NCBI GenBank assembly: GCA_027030065.1
Contig: JALVFK010000086.1
Coordinates: 18,479 to 82,478 of the forward strand
Direction of reading: 5' to 3'
Source: Desulfurococcales archaeon
Lineage (GTDB): Archaea > Thermoproteota > Thermoprotei_A > Sulfolobales > WANQ01
Length of the DNA: 64,000 nucleotides
Shown: positions 1 through 9,736 of the stretch, in pieces
How the letters are laid out: each line of letters begins with the position of its first letter
Numbering within the stretch: position 1 is the stretch's first letter
The notes under the pieces: generated by a model
Database searches by the model: none
Told to the model about the DNA's origin: nothing
The model's input: the letters and a program-made list of their open reading frames with translations, nothing else
Position numbers and translations under genes: made by a program

Positions 1-1
1 G

Positions 2-358
2 CATGGTCATAAGGACGTTTTACCCAGCGATACAAGTAATTACAAGCTCATTATAATGGGGCATGAGCACCCAAGCCTCGGTCTACGAGATAAACTAGGG
101 TATCTTATAAAGTATCCATGCTTTCTCTACACACAGTTAAAGAATAGTGAGACAAAACTCCTAGTTCTCCCAGCTATAGGCGCTTATCAAACCGGGACAT
201 CAGTTAGCTTAGAGCCTTCAGCATATCTCTCACCCGTAATGAGAAACAAGGTTCTCCTAAACGAGTCTAAGCCTATAGTATATGATAGTGAGTTAGGCTT
301 ACTCGAATTCCCTAAGCTGGAAACACTATTTAACGTTCTAAGTGAAACCGTTGCATAA
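2..358 (+). CDS. 3' end of a hypothetical protein gene running off the left window edge
   Basis: The frame of ORF 56..358 stays open back to nt 2. No motif recognised. Confidence 0.3.
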   Translation, partial: HGHKDVLPSDTSNYKLIIMGHEHPSLGLRDKLGYLIKYPCFLYTQLKNSETKLLVLPAIGAYQTGTSVSLEPSAYLSPVMRNKVLLNESKPIVYDSELGLLEFPKLETLFNVLSETVA

Positions 359-393
359 GGATTATTATAGGGGAGGGCTTTTAAGGAGCCCCG

Positions 394-401
394 TTTAAAA
401 A
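394..401 (+). promoter_or_regulatory. TATA-box candidate for tbp
   Basis: TTTAAAAA lies about 30 nt upstream of the TTG/GTG start at 432/435. This spacing fits a near-leaderless archaeal mRNA. Confidence 0.4.
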
Positions 402-431
402 CTTATGTAGTGCTTAAAAAGAGGTGCCGTC

Positions 432-1034
432 TTGGTGTCCCAGCTTGTATTAGAGCGTGAGCCATCAATAAAGATAGAGAATATCGTCGCAACAGTAACT
501 CTTGATCAAACACTCGATTTATACGCTATAGAGAGAAGCATACCGACAGTAGAGTATAATCCCGACCAGTTTCCTGGGCTCATATTTAGACTAGACACTC
601 CCAAGGTAACCGCACTGATATTCAAGTCAGGTAAAATGGTTGTAACGGGCGCGAAGAGTACGCTTGAACTAATACGTGCAGTCAAGAAGATAATAAGGAC
701 ATTACGTAAGAAGGGCATAGTTATAACGGGTAAACCCAAGATTCAGATCCAAAACATTGTTGCCTCAGCAAACCTTTATGTAGAAGTGAATCTAGAGAAG
801 GCAGCCTTCCTATTAGAAGACAACATGTATGAGCCCGAACAGTTTCCTGGTCTAATATACCGTATGTCGGATCCACAAGTAGTCCTACTAATATTCAGTA
901 GCGGTAAAATGGTCATAACGGGTGCAAAAAGCGAAGACGAGGTTAGAGAAGCGGTATACAAGATCTATCAGAAACTCAAAGAACTAGGATGTATAAGAAG
1001 ACATATCACGGAAGAAGAATACATACCAGTATAA
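432..1034 (+). CDS. tbp: TATA-box binding protein
   Basis: Two imperfect direct repeats typical of TBP: '[21 protein letters not shown]' and '[21 protein letters not shown]'. Acidic C-terminal tail. Confidence 0.95.
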   Translation: MVSQLVLEREPSIKIENIVATVTLDQTLDLYAIERSIPTVEYNPDQFPGLIFRLDTPKVTALIFKSGKMVVTGAKSTLELIRAVKKIIRTLRKKGIVITGKPKIQIQNIVASANLYVEVNLEKAAFLLEDNMYEPEQFPGLIYRMSDPQVVLLIFSSGKMVITGAKSEDEVREAVYKIYQKLKELGCIRRHITEEEYIPV

Positions 1035-1046
1035 ATATATTAGGAG

Positions 1047-1064
1047 TTTTTATTTTCTATTTTT
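1047..1064 (+). terminator. oligo-T terminator candidate after tbp
   Basis: T5, T4 and T5 runs directly downstream of the tbp stop. Archaeal termination uses oligo-T tracts. Confidence 0.45.
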
Positions 1065-1304
1065 CCATAAAACCCCAAGAAGCTGAAGAACAAATTATCT
1101 AGATTTAACCTCAAAGTTTTCTAGAGTGAATTAAGGGAATCTATAAATCTATGGGACTGTTATCACAAGCAGAGTAAGATAAAAAGGAGAATAATATCTT
1201 TGGAAGATGTTTTAAGCGGTCAGTGTGAGATAGGAATCTCATCCCTCCCTAGTCGATGGCTGCCCACGTCCTCATCCCATGTATGTAGGGAGTGTGGATA
1301 GCTT

Positions 1305-1736
1305 ATGAGTCTTGTGGAGGGTACTATAGTTGTAATGGACTTAGACAAATTCAGCGAACTAGTAGAGGAGAAAGGGTGGAGTGAATATAGGCCAAATATC
1401 GTTACTGGAACCCTCACTAGTCTTGTTGAATGGTTTGTTTCTAAGTGGCGTGCAGTAGTAGTCTATGGTCTCGATAGGGAGAGGGGTACTGAGGAAGTAG
1501 TATTAGAAATCCCTGGTGTCGAACCAGGCGAGGTTAGAGAAGACCTAGAATATATCCGTAGAAGAATAGAGGAGCTTGGAGCATCTATAACAATCATAGC
1601 AGTTAAAGGATACGTGGGCCTAAAGCCAGCTAAGAGTAGGCGAGAAGCATACTATGGTACTCCTTCGAGAACTCTTGCACATAAATTATTGAAAAAGGCT
1701 AAGAGACGTGGAGGAAACATAGTGATAGTACAATAA
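1305..1736 (+). CDS. small hypothetical protein with a palm-domain (GGDEF / class III cyclase / Cas10-like) pattern, tentative
   Basis: 'TIVVMDLDKFSELV' resembles the first metal-binding strand of GGDEF domains (DxDxF). It is followed by a 'VVVYGLDRERGTEEVVLEI' hairpin, a helix 'VREDLEYIRRRIEELG' and a strand 'ITIIAVKG'. Assigned by eye only. Confidence 0.5.
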   Translation: MSLVEGTIVVMDLDKFSELVEEKGWSEYRPNIVTGTLTSLVEWFVSKWRAVVVYGLDRERGTEEVVLEIPGVEPGEVREDLEYIRRRIEELGASITIIAVKGYVGLKPAKSRREAYYGTPSRTLAHKLLKKAKRRGGNIVIVQ

Positions 1737-1815
1737 ATAGCACGATAACTATATTTACTACTGGAATCCCGCTATAAGGGGACGACATAAAAAGTCCTCC
1801 TATGTAGAGAAAAGT

Positions 1816-2463
1816 TTGAGACAAATGGTTAGGAGAAAGTATATGAGCGGTGAAAAAGGTAAACTAGCGCCATGGATACCATCAACTAAGGAGATAATAG
1901 TTGAGGCACTCAGAATAGCTAATGTTGGAAGCGGCGATAAGCTGTACGATCTCGGAGCAGGTGATGGTAGGGTAACTATCATAGCGGCGAAAGACTTTGG
2001 AGCAAAATGTGTTGCCATAGAAATAGATGAACGCCTATGCGGCGTGATATACTCTACCGCTAAATACTATGGTCTTCTAGACAGGATAGAAATCTTGTGT
2101 AGAAACTTTCTTGCAGTCAATATGAGTGATGCAACAGTAGTCTACATGTACCTATACAAGTCGATAAATGAACTACTCGCCGATAAATTTGAAAAAGAAC
2201 TCGGAATTGGAACTCGCATTATAACCATAGACTTCCCCATACCAGGGTGGCAGCCTATCAAGATTAGGAGACTAGTTGATAGAACGGGTTTAGCCCGTAC
2301 AATATTCCTCTATGTAATGGGGGCTAGTAATCCTAAGGGACTTGTAAAACACATAACCCCAGTATCAAGAGATATACTAGTACGCATGAGTATAAGCAGG
2401 AACATAGAGGATAAAAATATTGCAAGTGCCAAAGATAAAGCCGAGGAGACTAATATGGATTAA
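1816..2463 (+). CDS. class I SAM-dependent methyltransferase
   Basis: Motif I 'LYDLGAGDGRVTI' and acidic beta-2 end 'CVAIEID'. Confidence 0.8.
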   Translation: MRQMVRRKYMSGEKGKLAPWIPSTKEIIVEALRIANVGSGDKLYDLGAGDGRVTIIAAKDFGAKCVAIEIDERLCGVIYSTAKYYGLLDRIEILCRNFLAVNMSDATVVYMYLYKSINELLADKFEKELGIGTRIITIDFPIPGWQPIKIRRLVDRTGLARTIFLYVMGASNPKGLVKHITPVSRDILVRMSISRNIEDKNIASAKDKAEETNMD

Positions 2464-3451
2464 CGAGGAAATACCCCTTCTCGGACATATAGCCTTTGGA
2501 ATAGTTGATAGAGGTACAAACATAATACAGGTAAGACCCACCACGTTATGCCATTTAAACTGTATATACTGTAGTGTTGATGCAGGACCCTTCTCACGGC
2601 ACCGTTTAACAGAGTATATGGTTAAACTAGACTGGCTTATCGAGTGGGTTAAACTCATAGTAAAGTACAAGTCTGTAAACGATATAGAAGCCCTAATAGA
2701 CGGAGTAGGCGAGCCCCTAACATATCCCTACATAGTAGAACTAGTCCAAGAACTAAAAGATATACCTGGGATAAGAGTTGTAGCACTTCAGACAAGAGGT
2801 TATTTGTTGAACGAGAAACTAGTCGAGAATCTCGAGGAAGCCGGCTTGGATAGAATAAACTTAAGCATAGATACACTCGACGAAGAAAAAGCACGGTTCA
2901 TCCAGGGTGTAGAGTGGTTTAACGTTTCAGAAGTAGTAAGGATAACAGAATATATCCTATCAAATACGAGCATAGACGTACACATAGCACCAGTATGGGT
3001 TCCCGGAATAAACGATAAAGACATAGAGGATATAATAGAATGGGCTAAAAAGATAGGAGCAGGTAAGAAGTGGCCAGCTCTAGGAATACAAAAATACCTA
3101 GTCCACCGTTATGGTAGAAAGCCACGCGGAGTAAAGCCGATGAGTTGGAAAGAGTTTTGGAGCAAGCTAAGAGAACTAGAGAGAAAACACGGTATCAACT
3201 TAATACACGATCCAAAAACATTTAACTTCCACAGAGCACCAAGCCCCATCCCACCATATAGTAAAGGAGAAGTTATCAAGATAAGAGTAGTAGAAGAAGG
3301 ATGGCTCAAAGGAGAAAAACTAGGTGTACCACATAATAAGGATAGAGTAATAACAATAGTTGGAGCAACGGAAATACCATTAGGAGCTAGGATAAGAGTC
3401 AAGATAATAGAAAACAAAAACAACATATTCATAGCAAAACCCCTACCGTGA
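2420..3451 (+). CDS. radical SAM enzyme with C-terminal beta-barrel (TRAM/PUA-like) extension
   Basis: 'CHLNCIYCS' CxxxCxxC motif and 'GVGEPL'. TTG start overlaps the methyltransferase gene by 44 nt. C-terminal 'GEVIKIRVVEEGWLKGEKLGV...RIRVKIIE'. Confidence 0.85.
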   Translation: MQVPKIKPRRLIWINEEIPLLGHIAFGIVDRGTNIIQVRPTTLCHLNCIYCSVDAGPFSRHRLTEYMVKLDWLIEWVKLIVKYKSVNDIEALIDGVGEPLTYPYIVELVQELKDIPGIRVVALQTRGYLLNEKLVENLEEAGLDRINLSIDTLDEEKARFIQGVEWFNVSEVVRITEYILSNTSIDVHIAPVWVPGINDKDIEDIIEWAKKIGAGKKWPALGIQKYLVHRYGRKPRGVKPMSWKEFWSKLRELERKHGINLIHDPKTFNFHRAPSPIPPYSKGEVIKIRVVEEGWLKGEKLGVPHNKDRVITIVGATEIPLGARIRVKIIENKNNIFIAKPLP

Positions 3452-3466
3452 ACAAGGAGACTAGGC

Positions 3467-3727
3467 ATGAATCCATGGATCATATTGGGGCTCGGAATAC
3501 TCGTAGGTGGTATAGTAGGATACGCTTCCGCACTGCTAATGAGTGAAGCCGTAATGAGTTATGCCTTAGTAGGTGCTATTATAGTAATGCTTGTTTTAAG
3601 TAGACTAGCCTCGCCTAGAAGAACAAGGAAAATGCCGGAAAACAAGGTACTATTATTACATTTTCTTAGCGGAATAGTGTTCGGATACGGCATAGCGTTG
3701 CTACTATTATTTATTTCCTCCGGGTAA
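3467..3727 (+). CDS. small membrane protein (3 predicted TM helices)
   Basis: Hydrophobic segments 'WIILGLGILVGGIVGYASALL', 'YALVGAIIVMLVL' and 'FLSGIVFGYGIALLLLFI'. The start lies 15 nt after the radical SAM stop. Confidence 0.5.
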   Translation: MNPWIILGLGILVGGIVGYASALLMSEAVMSYALVGAIIVMLVLSRLASPRRTRKMPENKVLLLHFLSGIVFGYGIALLLLFISSG

Positions 3728-3919
3728 TATCGTACACCAATATAGTGTAAGTATTTTTCAATTATAATATTCTCGTAGGCTCAGACACACATCGGTAGCC
3801 CGATAAACGAAATAATAGAAGGATTTATAAAGGATTCATAATCCTAGAGATAAAACTTAAATAGAGTCCCCTAAGTCTAAGTATTTGAGGACTAAGTGTA
3901 TTTAAAGTGGGTGTAGAAT

Positions 3920-6739
3920 ATGAATTTAAAACTAATAGGAATTCTATCTCTACTACTAATAATACTACCAACGTTCGCGGTATTCGCTCAAGCCCAACAA
4001 GAAATCAAGGGCCCACCCCTAGACCAGATAATATACACTGTTAGAACAACGATAGACAGAGGAGTCCTTGACGTAGCAGATGGTAAGATAGACGCGTTTC
4101 TATGGACGGTCTCACCAAGAGACCTTAAACAAATACCAGTTGATCTGGCAAAGCTCAAGCTAATACCTTCATCAAGCTCACTCAACGCGCTATTATTCAA
4201 CCCCTATAGTGATGAGGACGAGGCTGGTAAGTGGGGTGTAGCAACAGACATTGACGATAATACAAAGCACTTCAACCCATTCGCAGTAAGAGAAGTAAGA
4301 TTCGCTATGAACTGGCTAATTAACAGGAGATACATCATAGACAACATAATGGCTGGTGGAGCCAACCCAATGTATTGCCCAATAGGTCCAAGCCACCCAG
4401 CATACCCGCAAATAGAATCTGCACTCAAGGAGCTAGGGTTAACAGATACTGGTGACGAGGCAAAAGCTATACAAATGATAACCAATGCTCTCCAGAACGC
4501 CTCACAGCACCTAGAGGCACTAGGCTACAAGCTCTACAAGGCAGATGATGGTTTCTGGCACTTCCAAGCACCAGGACAGGACGACGAACCCGTAACAATA
4601 ACATTTCTCATTAGAATCGAGGACGAGAGAAGAGACATTGGTCATTACGTAGCCGATCAGTTAGAGAAGGCTGGCATAAAGGTCAACCGTATGGAGATAG
4701 AGAGAGGACAAGTATTCGCACTAGTATACGGTAAGGATGCTAGAACCTTAGACTGGCACATTTATACAGAAGGATGGATAAGCACAGCTGAGAGCCCATG
4801 GATCGAAGGAGACCTAGCATGGTACTACAGCCAGTGGGGTGGCCCACTACCAGGCTGGGGTACCTGGGAGTACACGCCAGACCACGCTAAGGCTATAGGA
4901 GACAATATTCAGCCAAAGATAGAGGAACTAACACTAGACCTATACCAGGGCAAGTATAAGGGCGACCAATACTGGGAGGTTGCCAGAGAAATAATAAAGC
5001 TGGGAATTGAGGAATCAATTAGAGTATTCCTAACAGAGAACCTAGCATACTTCCCAGTCAACCCAAGAGTACACGACATAGCAGCTGGTAGAAGCACTGG
5101 TCTAGCAACAATATGGCCCTTCAGAACAGCATGGACAGATGACGGAGTACTTCTAGTAGCCCAGTATTCATCACGTGGAGCATTATTCATGAGTGCTTGG
5201 AACCCGGTAGGCGGTATTAATGACATCTATGCAAGCAATATATGGAGATATGTAAGAGACTATGGAGGCTACTGGCATCCGTCAACTGGTATATACATAC
5301 CAATAAGAGTAACATGGAAAGTACAAGTAGAGAACATGACAGTACCAGGTGACGCACTAATATACAACCACTCAGCCCACAAGTGGCAGACACTTGATGA
5401 AGCTGGTGTAACAGACCGCAATGCTACAGTAAAGGTAATATTAAACTACAAGTTCAGCAACTGGCACGACGGTAGACCAATGACACTATTCGATATACTA
5501 GAATCAATAGCATGGAACTGGGAGTGGAGCTACCAGGACGGTGCAGACGACATATGGTACCACGACGAAGTAGCAAGCACTGGACAACCATACTTCAGCA
5601 CCATAAAGGGCATAGAGATAATAAACTCAACAGCAATAGCATTCTATGGCAACTATACTCATCCAATAAGTGAGTCAGAGACAGCAAGCTACTACATATG
5701 GTGGCCAACCTTCCCACTAGAAGTAATGGCTGCAATGGAGTACTGTGTACTATACAAGGGACCAGTAAGCGGTGAAACCTATGGCTGGTTTGAGGGAGAT
5801 GCTGGCAGATGGATAGACGCACTAGACCCAGACCACTTAACAGACATAACAGCCGCACTAGAACAGAAAGTAGAGACTGGAGAATACATGCCACCATACC
5901 TAGCAGCAACCTACGACCTAGCTAAGAAGTACCCAGTAATAGGGTCAGTAGACCTAGCAGACGCTGCTAAGAAGGCATTAAACTTCTACAAGGAATACGG
6001 ACACCTAGTAATAAGCAACGGTCCATTCTACATAGCTAAGTATAACCCAACAGAACTATACCTAGAGCTCAAGGCCTTCAGAGACCCAACATATCCATTC
6101 ACACCAGACTACTGGAGAAACAAGCTAATACTAAGCACTCTATTCATACAAGAAGTATCGCTGCCAACACAGATACTAGCTGGACAGAGCATACCAGTAA
6201 CAGTAAAGGTCGGTGAAAACGTACAGTTCCCAGAAACAGAGAAGGGTACTAGACCAGCAGAATTCGCTTATGTCGACGTAGCGTTAATAGCACCAGACGG
6301 TACTGTAGTAGGAGTATGGTCTGCTAACAAGACAGACATAGGTGTATGGCAGGCAACAATACCTGGTAGTGCCACCAAGAACTTAGCAAGTGGTACATAC
6401 ACAATAGAGATTAGAATAGGAAGAGAACCCGGCGTATACCAGGTAACCGAGAAGAAGCAGATAACAATAATAGGAATACAAGTAACAACAACACCTACAA
6501 CTGCACCAACAGTAACTGCACCGACAATCACGCAGCCAACTACAACTGCACCATCACCAACAACAAGTGTTAGCCCAACAGTAACAGTACCCTCAACAAC
6601 GTCGCCAGCTACATCAGTACCAACGGTAACAACGATAACACCTACTGGTCCAGGAATAAGTCCAACAGTAATCATAGGGATAGCAATAGTCATAATAATC
6701 ATAGGTATTGCAGCAGCCTTCCTAGTAAAGAAGAAGTAA
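3920..6739 (+). CDS. ABC transporter substrate-binding protein, family 5 (Opp/Dpp-type), C-terminally anchored
   Basis: Signal/TM 'LIGILSLLLIILPTFAVFAQA', a large family-5-like body, and a Thr/Pro-rich linker 'TTTPTTAPTVTAPTITQPTTTAPSPTT' followed by a TM helix and 'KKK'. First gene of a 5-gene ABC operon. Confidence 0.85.
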   Translation: MNLKLIGILSLLLIILPTFAVFAQAQQEIKGPPLDQIIYTVRTTIDRGVLDVADGKIDAFLWTVSPRDLKQIPVDLAKLKLIPSSSSLNALLFNPYSDEDEAGKWGVATDIDDNTKHFNPFAVREVRFAMNWLINRRYIIDNIMAGGANPMYCPIGPSHPAYPQIESALKELGLTDTGDEAKAIQMITNALQNASQHLEALGYKLYKADDGFWHFQAPGQDDEPVTITFLIRIEDERRDIGHYVADQLEKAGIKVNRMEIERGQVFALVYGKDARTLDWHIYTEGWISTAESPWIEGDLAWYYSQWGGPLPGWGTWEYTPDHAKAIGDNIQPKIEELTLDLYQGKYKGDQYWEVAREIIKLGIEESIRVFLTENLAYFPVNPRVHDIAAGRSTGLATIWPFRTAWTDDGVLLVAQYSSRGALFMSAWNPVGGINDIYASNIWRYVRDYGGYWHPSTGIYIPIRVTWKVQVENMTVPGDALIYNHSAHKWQTLDEAGVTDRNATVKVILNYKFSNWHDGRPMTLFDILESIAWNWEWSYQDGADDIWYHDEVASTGQPYFSTIKGIEIINSTAIAFYGNYTHPISESETASYYIWWPTFPLEVMAAMEYCVLYKGPVSGETYGWFEGDAGRWIDALDPDHLTDITAALEQKVETGEYMPPYLAATYDLAKKYPVIGSVDLADAAKKALNFYKEYGHLVISNGPFYIAKYNPTELYLELKAFRDPTYPFTPDYWRNKLILSTLFIQEVSLPTQILAGQSIPVTVKVGENVQFPETEKGTRPAEFAYVDVALIAPDGTVVGVWSANKTDIGVWQATIPGSATKNLASGTYTIEIRIGREPGVYQVTEKKQITIIGIQVTTTPTTAPTVTAPTITQPTTTAPSPTTSVSPTVTVPSTTSPATSVPTVTTITPTGPGISPTVIIGIAIVIIIIGIAAAFLVKKK

Positions 6740-6769
6740 CGAACACATCTTAACAATACGCTATTAATA

Positions 6770-6792
6770 TTTTTAAATTAACAATATTTTTT
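6770..6792 (+). terminator. oligo-T attenuator/terminator candidate between the binding-protein and permease genes
   Basis: T5 (6770-6774) and T6 (6787-6792) lie in a 190-nt, very AT-rich spacer. Confidence 0.4.
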
Positions 6793-6930
6793 ACTAAGAA
6801 AAATCTTACATTCTACTCTTATTATACTCTCTTTTAAATATCGTATTTTCTATCTTTTAATATTATGCAAATATAATGATAATTATTTATAAACCTCTAA
6901 CAATATACTACCCCTTGGTGCCTAGTTGCT

Positions 6931-8130
6931 ATGGGCTACGGACGTTACCTTGCATTCAGAGCTGTGAACTCACTAATAGTGTTATTAGTGGCCCTACTTA
7001 TCGCATCGTTAGCATTCAATGCTCTTGCTGAGAAGACTATAGAAGCTATAATAAACGATAAGGTAAATCAAGTTAGACAACAATTAGCGCAGAGACACGT
7101 AGAATTCATTGATGTTTTAAAGGGTGTTAAGCCAAGACTCCTCGAGTGGAACATAACTGCTAAGTACAAGGATAAGACGTGGAACTGTTACTTGTTCTTG
7201 GATAATTATGAGAAGGGTAAACTAGGTAATATGAGCGAAGACGACATAAACGGCGTAGCTGAGCAATGCTATCTCAGCTATATTAAGATGAGAGAGGAGG
7301 TAAGCTGGGGTCTTAACTTACCAAGCTATGTTAGGATAATGCTGTATGTATGGAAGAGCTTAACTCTAGATTTCGGAGAAGCCCGTATGAAATATCCACA
7401 GTTTGGTACAAACGAAATACGAGCAATGGTCTTAATAGCTATGGGTAGAACAGCACTCCTCTTCACCACAGCCTACATGATAAACGTAGCAATAGCTATA
7501 CTACTGGGCTTGCAGATGGCTAGAAAGGTTGGAAGCCCCTTAGACCGTGGCGTATCAGTAATTGCAATGATCTCGGCTAGCCTACCAATGTTCTGGGTTG
7601 CGATGCTTCTCATCTACGTGTTCACATATCAGTTACACATATATCCTGGCGTAGCTATGGAGCCTATGCCAGCGTCAATCAAAGGAAACATTCTAGAAGA
7701 GCTTAAGTGGTGGCTCTGGCACCTCTATGTGCCGATACTCACGATAGTCCTTGTAGGCTTTGGTGGAGGAGCCTATGCTACGAGAAACCTTGTAATAAGT
7801 ATAATGCAGGAGGACTTCGTTACAACAGCTAGGGCAAAGGGTGTACCAGAACGTAAGGTTATATATGGCCATGTACTGAAGGCTGCAAGTCCACCAATAG
7901 TCACATCAATAAGCCTGGGCTTCATAGGAACATTCTTTGGGGCCATCATAAGCGAGGTGGTCTTCCAATGGCCTGGTATGGGTAGCCTGTACTATTTAGC
8001 GTTATCTAATGCTGATGTACCAGTGTTAATGGCGAATACCTTTATGTTCGTATTCTTGTTCGTACTCGTAAAGTTCCTTCTCGAAATAGTCTATGGTGTA
8101 CTAGATCCACGTATAAAGGCTTCGAGGTGA
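6931..8130 (+). CDS. ABC transporter permease (OppB/DppB-like)
   Basis: Multi-TM protein with the EAA-type loop 'TARAKGVPERKVIYGHVLKAASPPIVT'. Confidence 0.9.
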   Translation: MGYGRYLAFRAVNSLIVLLVALLIASLAFNALAEKTIEAIINDKVNQVRQQLAQRHVEFIDVLKGVKPRLLEWNITAKYKDKTWNCYLFLDNYEKGKLGNMSEDDINGVAEQCYLSYIKMREEVSWGLNLPSYVRIMLYVWKSLTLDFGEARMKYPQFGTNEIRAMVLIAMGRTALLFTTAYMINVAIAILLGLQMARKVGSPLDRGVSVIAMISASLPMFWVAMLLIYVFTYQLHIYPGVAMEPMPASIKGNILEELKWWLWHLYVPILTIVLVGFGGGAYATRNLVISIMQEDFVTTARAKGVPERKVIYGHVLKAASPPIVTSISLGFIGTFFGAIISEVVFQWPGMGSLYYLALSNADVPVLMANTFMFVFLFVLVKFLLEIVYGVLDPRIKASR

Positions 8131-8133
8131 TGA

Positions 8134-9690
8134 ATGATTAGGATAGACTGGAATGAGGTTAAGAAAAAGGCTAGAGAATTCTGGAGCGAGTATAGGAGGT
8201 TCAAGATAGGCTTAATCGGCCTAGGCCTACTAGTCATACTAGTCTTCATGGCTATAATACCCTCATTTATCTTTCCACCGGAAACATATTATAACTGGAA
8301 TAATTATCCTGGATGGGAATATAATCCTAGGCTAGCGCCACCGGAATGGGTAAATTTGTTCTCATCGAAGAAGTATACGCCTCCTAAGACAATCGAGCCT
8401 ACAAAGATGGAGGGGTTATGGCAATACTATGCAGAAGTATACATTAAACTTAACAATATAACCGATGAAAATTTGAAGAAGCAAGTCTACGAGGTCTTTA
8501 AACAACAAATGGCTGGAAAAGGCTATGTATACTACTATGAATATGATTTCAAGTGGGATATACCGTCAAGCGATCTAGTAATAATAGTAAGTAATGTCTC
8601 AACAACAATAAAGCTAACATTAGGTATACAGAGGCCACCCTCACCATATAACGGTCAACTATTGAATGTATCACTGTATCCAGCATTTACTACAACAGTT
8701 ACTCCCACAAATGGTACCGTGCTAATACACTTAGCTAACAGTGATCAATTAATGCAAGCGCTGATAAAGAACTATATATCAAAGTATGAGAGTCCCGATA
8801 TATTCAAGAATGCAACCGAAAACAACATCTTATCAGCAAATGTGTTAAGCCCCGTAACACTACTCTTCTATGCTCCAGGACCAGGAATGATCTATGGTCA
8901 GCAAGGCGTTACCAAAGGAGTATACAAGTTCAATATAACCGTAGAAGCAACTAATGGTTCACTAGAGTATCCTCCGGTAATAAAGATAAGAATTCCTGGA
9001 AGCTGTTATGGCCTCCTTGGAACAGATTTCCGTGGGAGAGACATATTCGTGGGAATACTATGGGGTAGTCGTGTAGCATTAATGATAGGTATAACCTATG
9101 CTGTCTCAGTAGTTCTCATAGGATTAATCTATGGTGTTGTTAGCGCATATGCTGGAGGTCTAGTAGACGAGGTAATGCAGCGTATAAATGAGGTCCTCTA
9201 CTCTATCCCACTACTACCATTCCTAATATTGTTCGCTTATACTATAAGACAACTATATGGTACACTGAGCGTATGGCACATTATAGGAGTACTGATAATA
9301 TTCGCGTGGACTGGTCTAGCAATAGTAGTGCGTAGCATGGCCTTACAGATAAAGGAACAGCCCTTCGTGGAGGCGGCTAGAGCTATAGGTGCTAGTGGTA
9401 GGAGAATAGTATTCAAGCACATACTACCACAGCTAATGCCCTACGCCTTCGCTAGTATGGCTCTCGCCGTTCCCGGCGCGATATTAATAGAAGCTGGTTT
9501 AAGCTTCCTCGGATTAAGCGACCCCAACATACCGACCTGGGGTAAGATGATCTACGAGGCGCAGAACTCGCTATCATCTTGGTGGTGGGTACTCTCACCT
9601 GGGCTAATGATAGCAGTAACTGGTATGGCGTTTGTCTTCATAGGGAATGCGTTAGACACCATACTTAACCCGAGGCTGAGGAGACTCTAA
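8134..9690 (+). CDS. ABC transporter permease (OppC/DppC-like) with a large extracytoplasmic insert
   Basis: 'AARAIGASGRRIVFKHILPQLMPYAF' loop, six C-terminal TM helices, and a ~250-aa N-terminal loop after TM1. Confidence 0.9.
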   Translation: MIRIDWNEVKKKAREFWSEYRRFKIGLIGLGLLVILVFMAIIPSFIFPPETYYNWNNYPGWEYNPRLAPPEWVNLFSSKKYTPPKTIEPTKMEGLWQYYAEVYIKLNNITDENLKKQVYEVFKQQMAGKGYVYYYEYDFKWDIPSSDLVIIVSNVSTTIKLTLGIQRPPSPYNGQLLNVSLYPAFTTTVTPTNGTVLIHLANSDQLMQALIKNYISKYESPDIFKNATENNILSANVLSPVTLLFYAPGPGMIYGQQGVTKGVYKFNITVEATNGSLEYPPVIKIRIPGSCYGLLGTDFRGRDIFVGILWGSRVALMIGITYAVSVVLIGLIYGVVSAYAGGLVDEVMQRINEVLYSIPLLPFLILFAYTIRQLYGTLSVWHIIGVLIIFAWTGLAIVVRSMALQIKEQPFVEAARAIGASGRRIVFKHILPQLMPYAFASMALAVPGAILIEAGLSFLGLSDPNIPTWGKMIYEAQNSLSSWWWVLSPGLMIAVTGMAFVFIGNALDTILNPRLRRL

Positions 9691-9736
9691 AGCGTTTTAT
9701 ATTACTACTCTAATCTAACTCAACTAGACCGAATAG

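Noticed and set aside
1220-1278. Minus-strand C/D-like element: GGGATGA-26 nt-GGGATGA-15 nt-CTGA, 59 nt
   Set aside because: Both boxes deviate from the consensus (G at position 2), the D' box is unrecognisable (CCAT), the C'-D spacing is 13-15 nt, and there is no terminal stem. It is possibly real but too weak to call.
6268-6756. 162-aa minus-strand ORF (Val/Gly/Thr-rich)
   Set aside because: It is antisense to the Thr/Pro-rich linker and TM anchor of the Opp-type binding protein, and its low-complexity mirror composition marks it as a shadow ORF. The same reasoning applies to 53230..53721, 33041..33529, 15701..16141, 22351..22779, 30148..30570, 63332..63931 and the other short antisense ORFs in the track.
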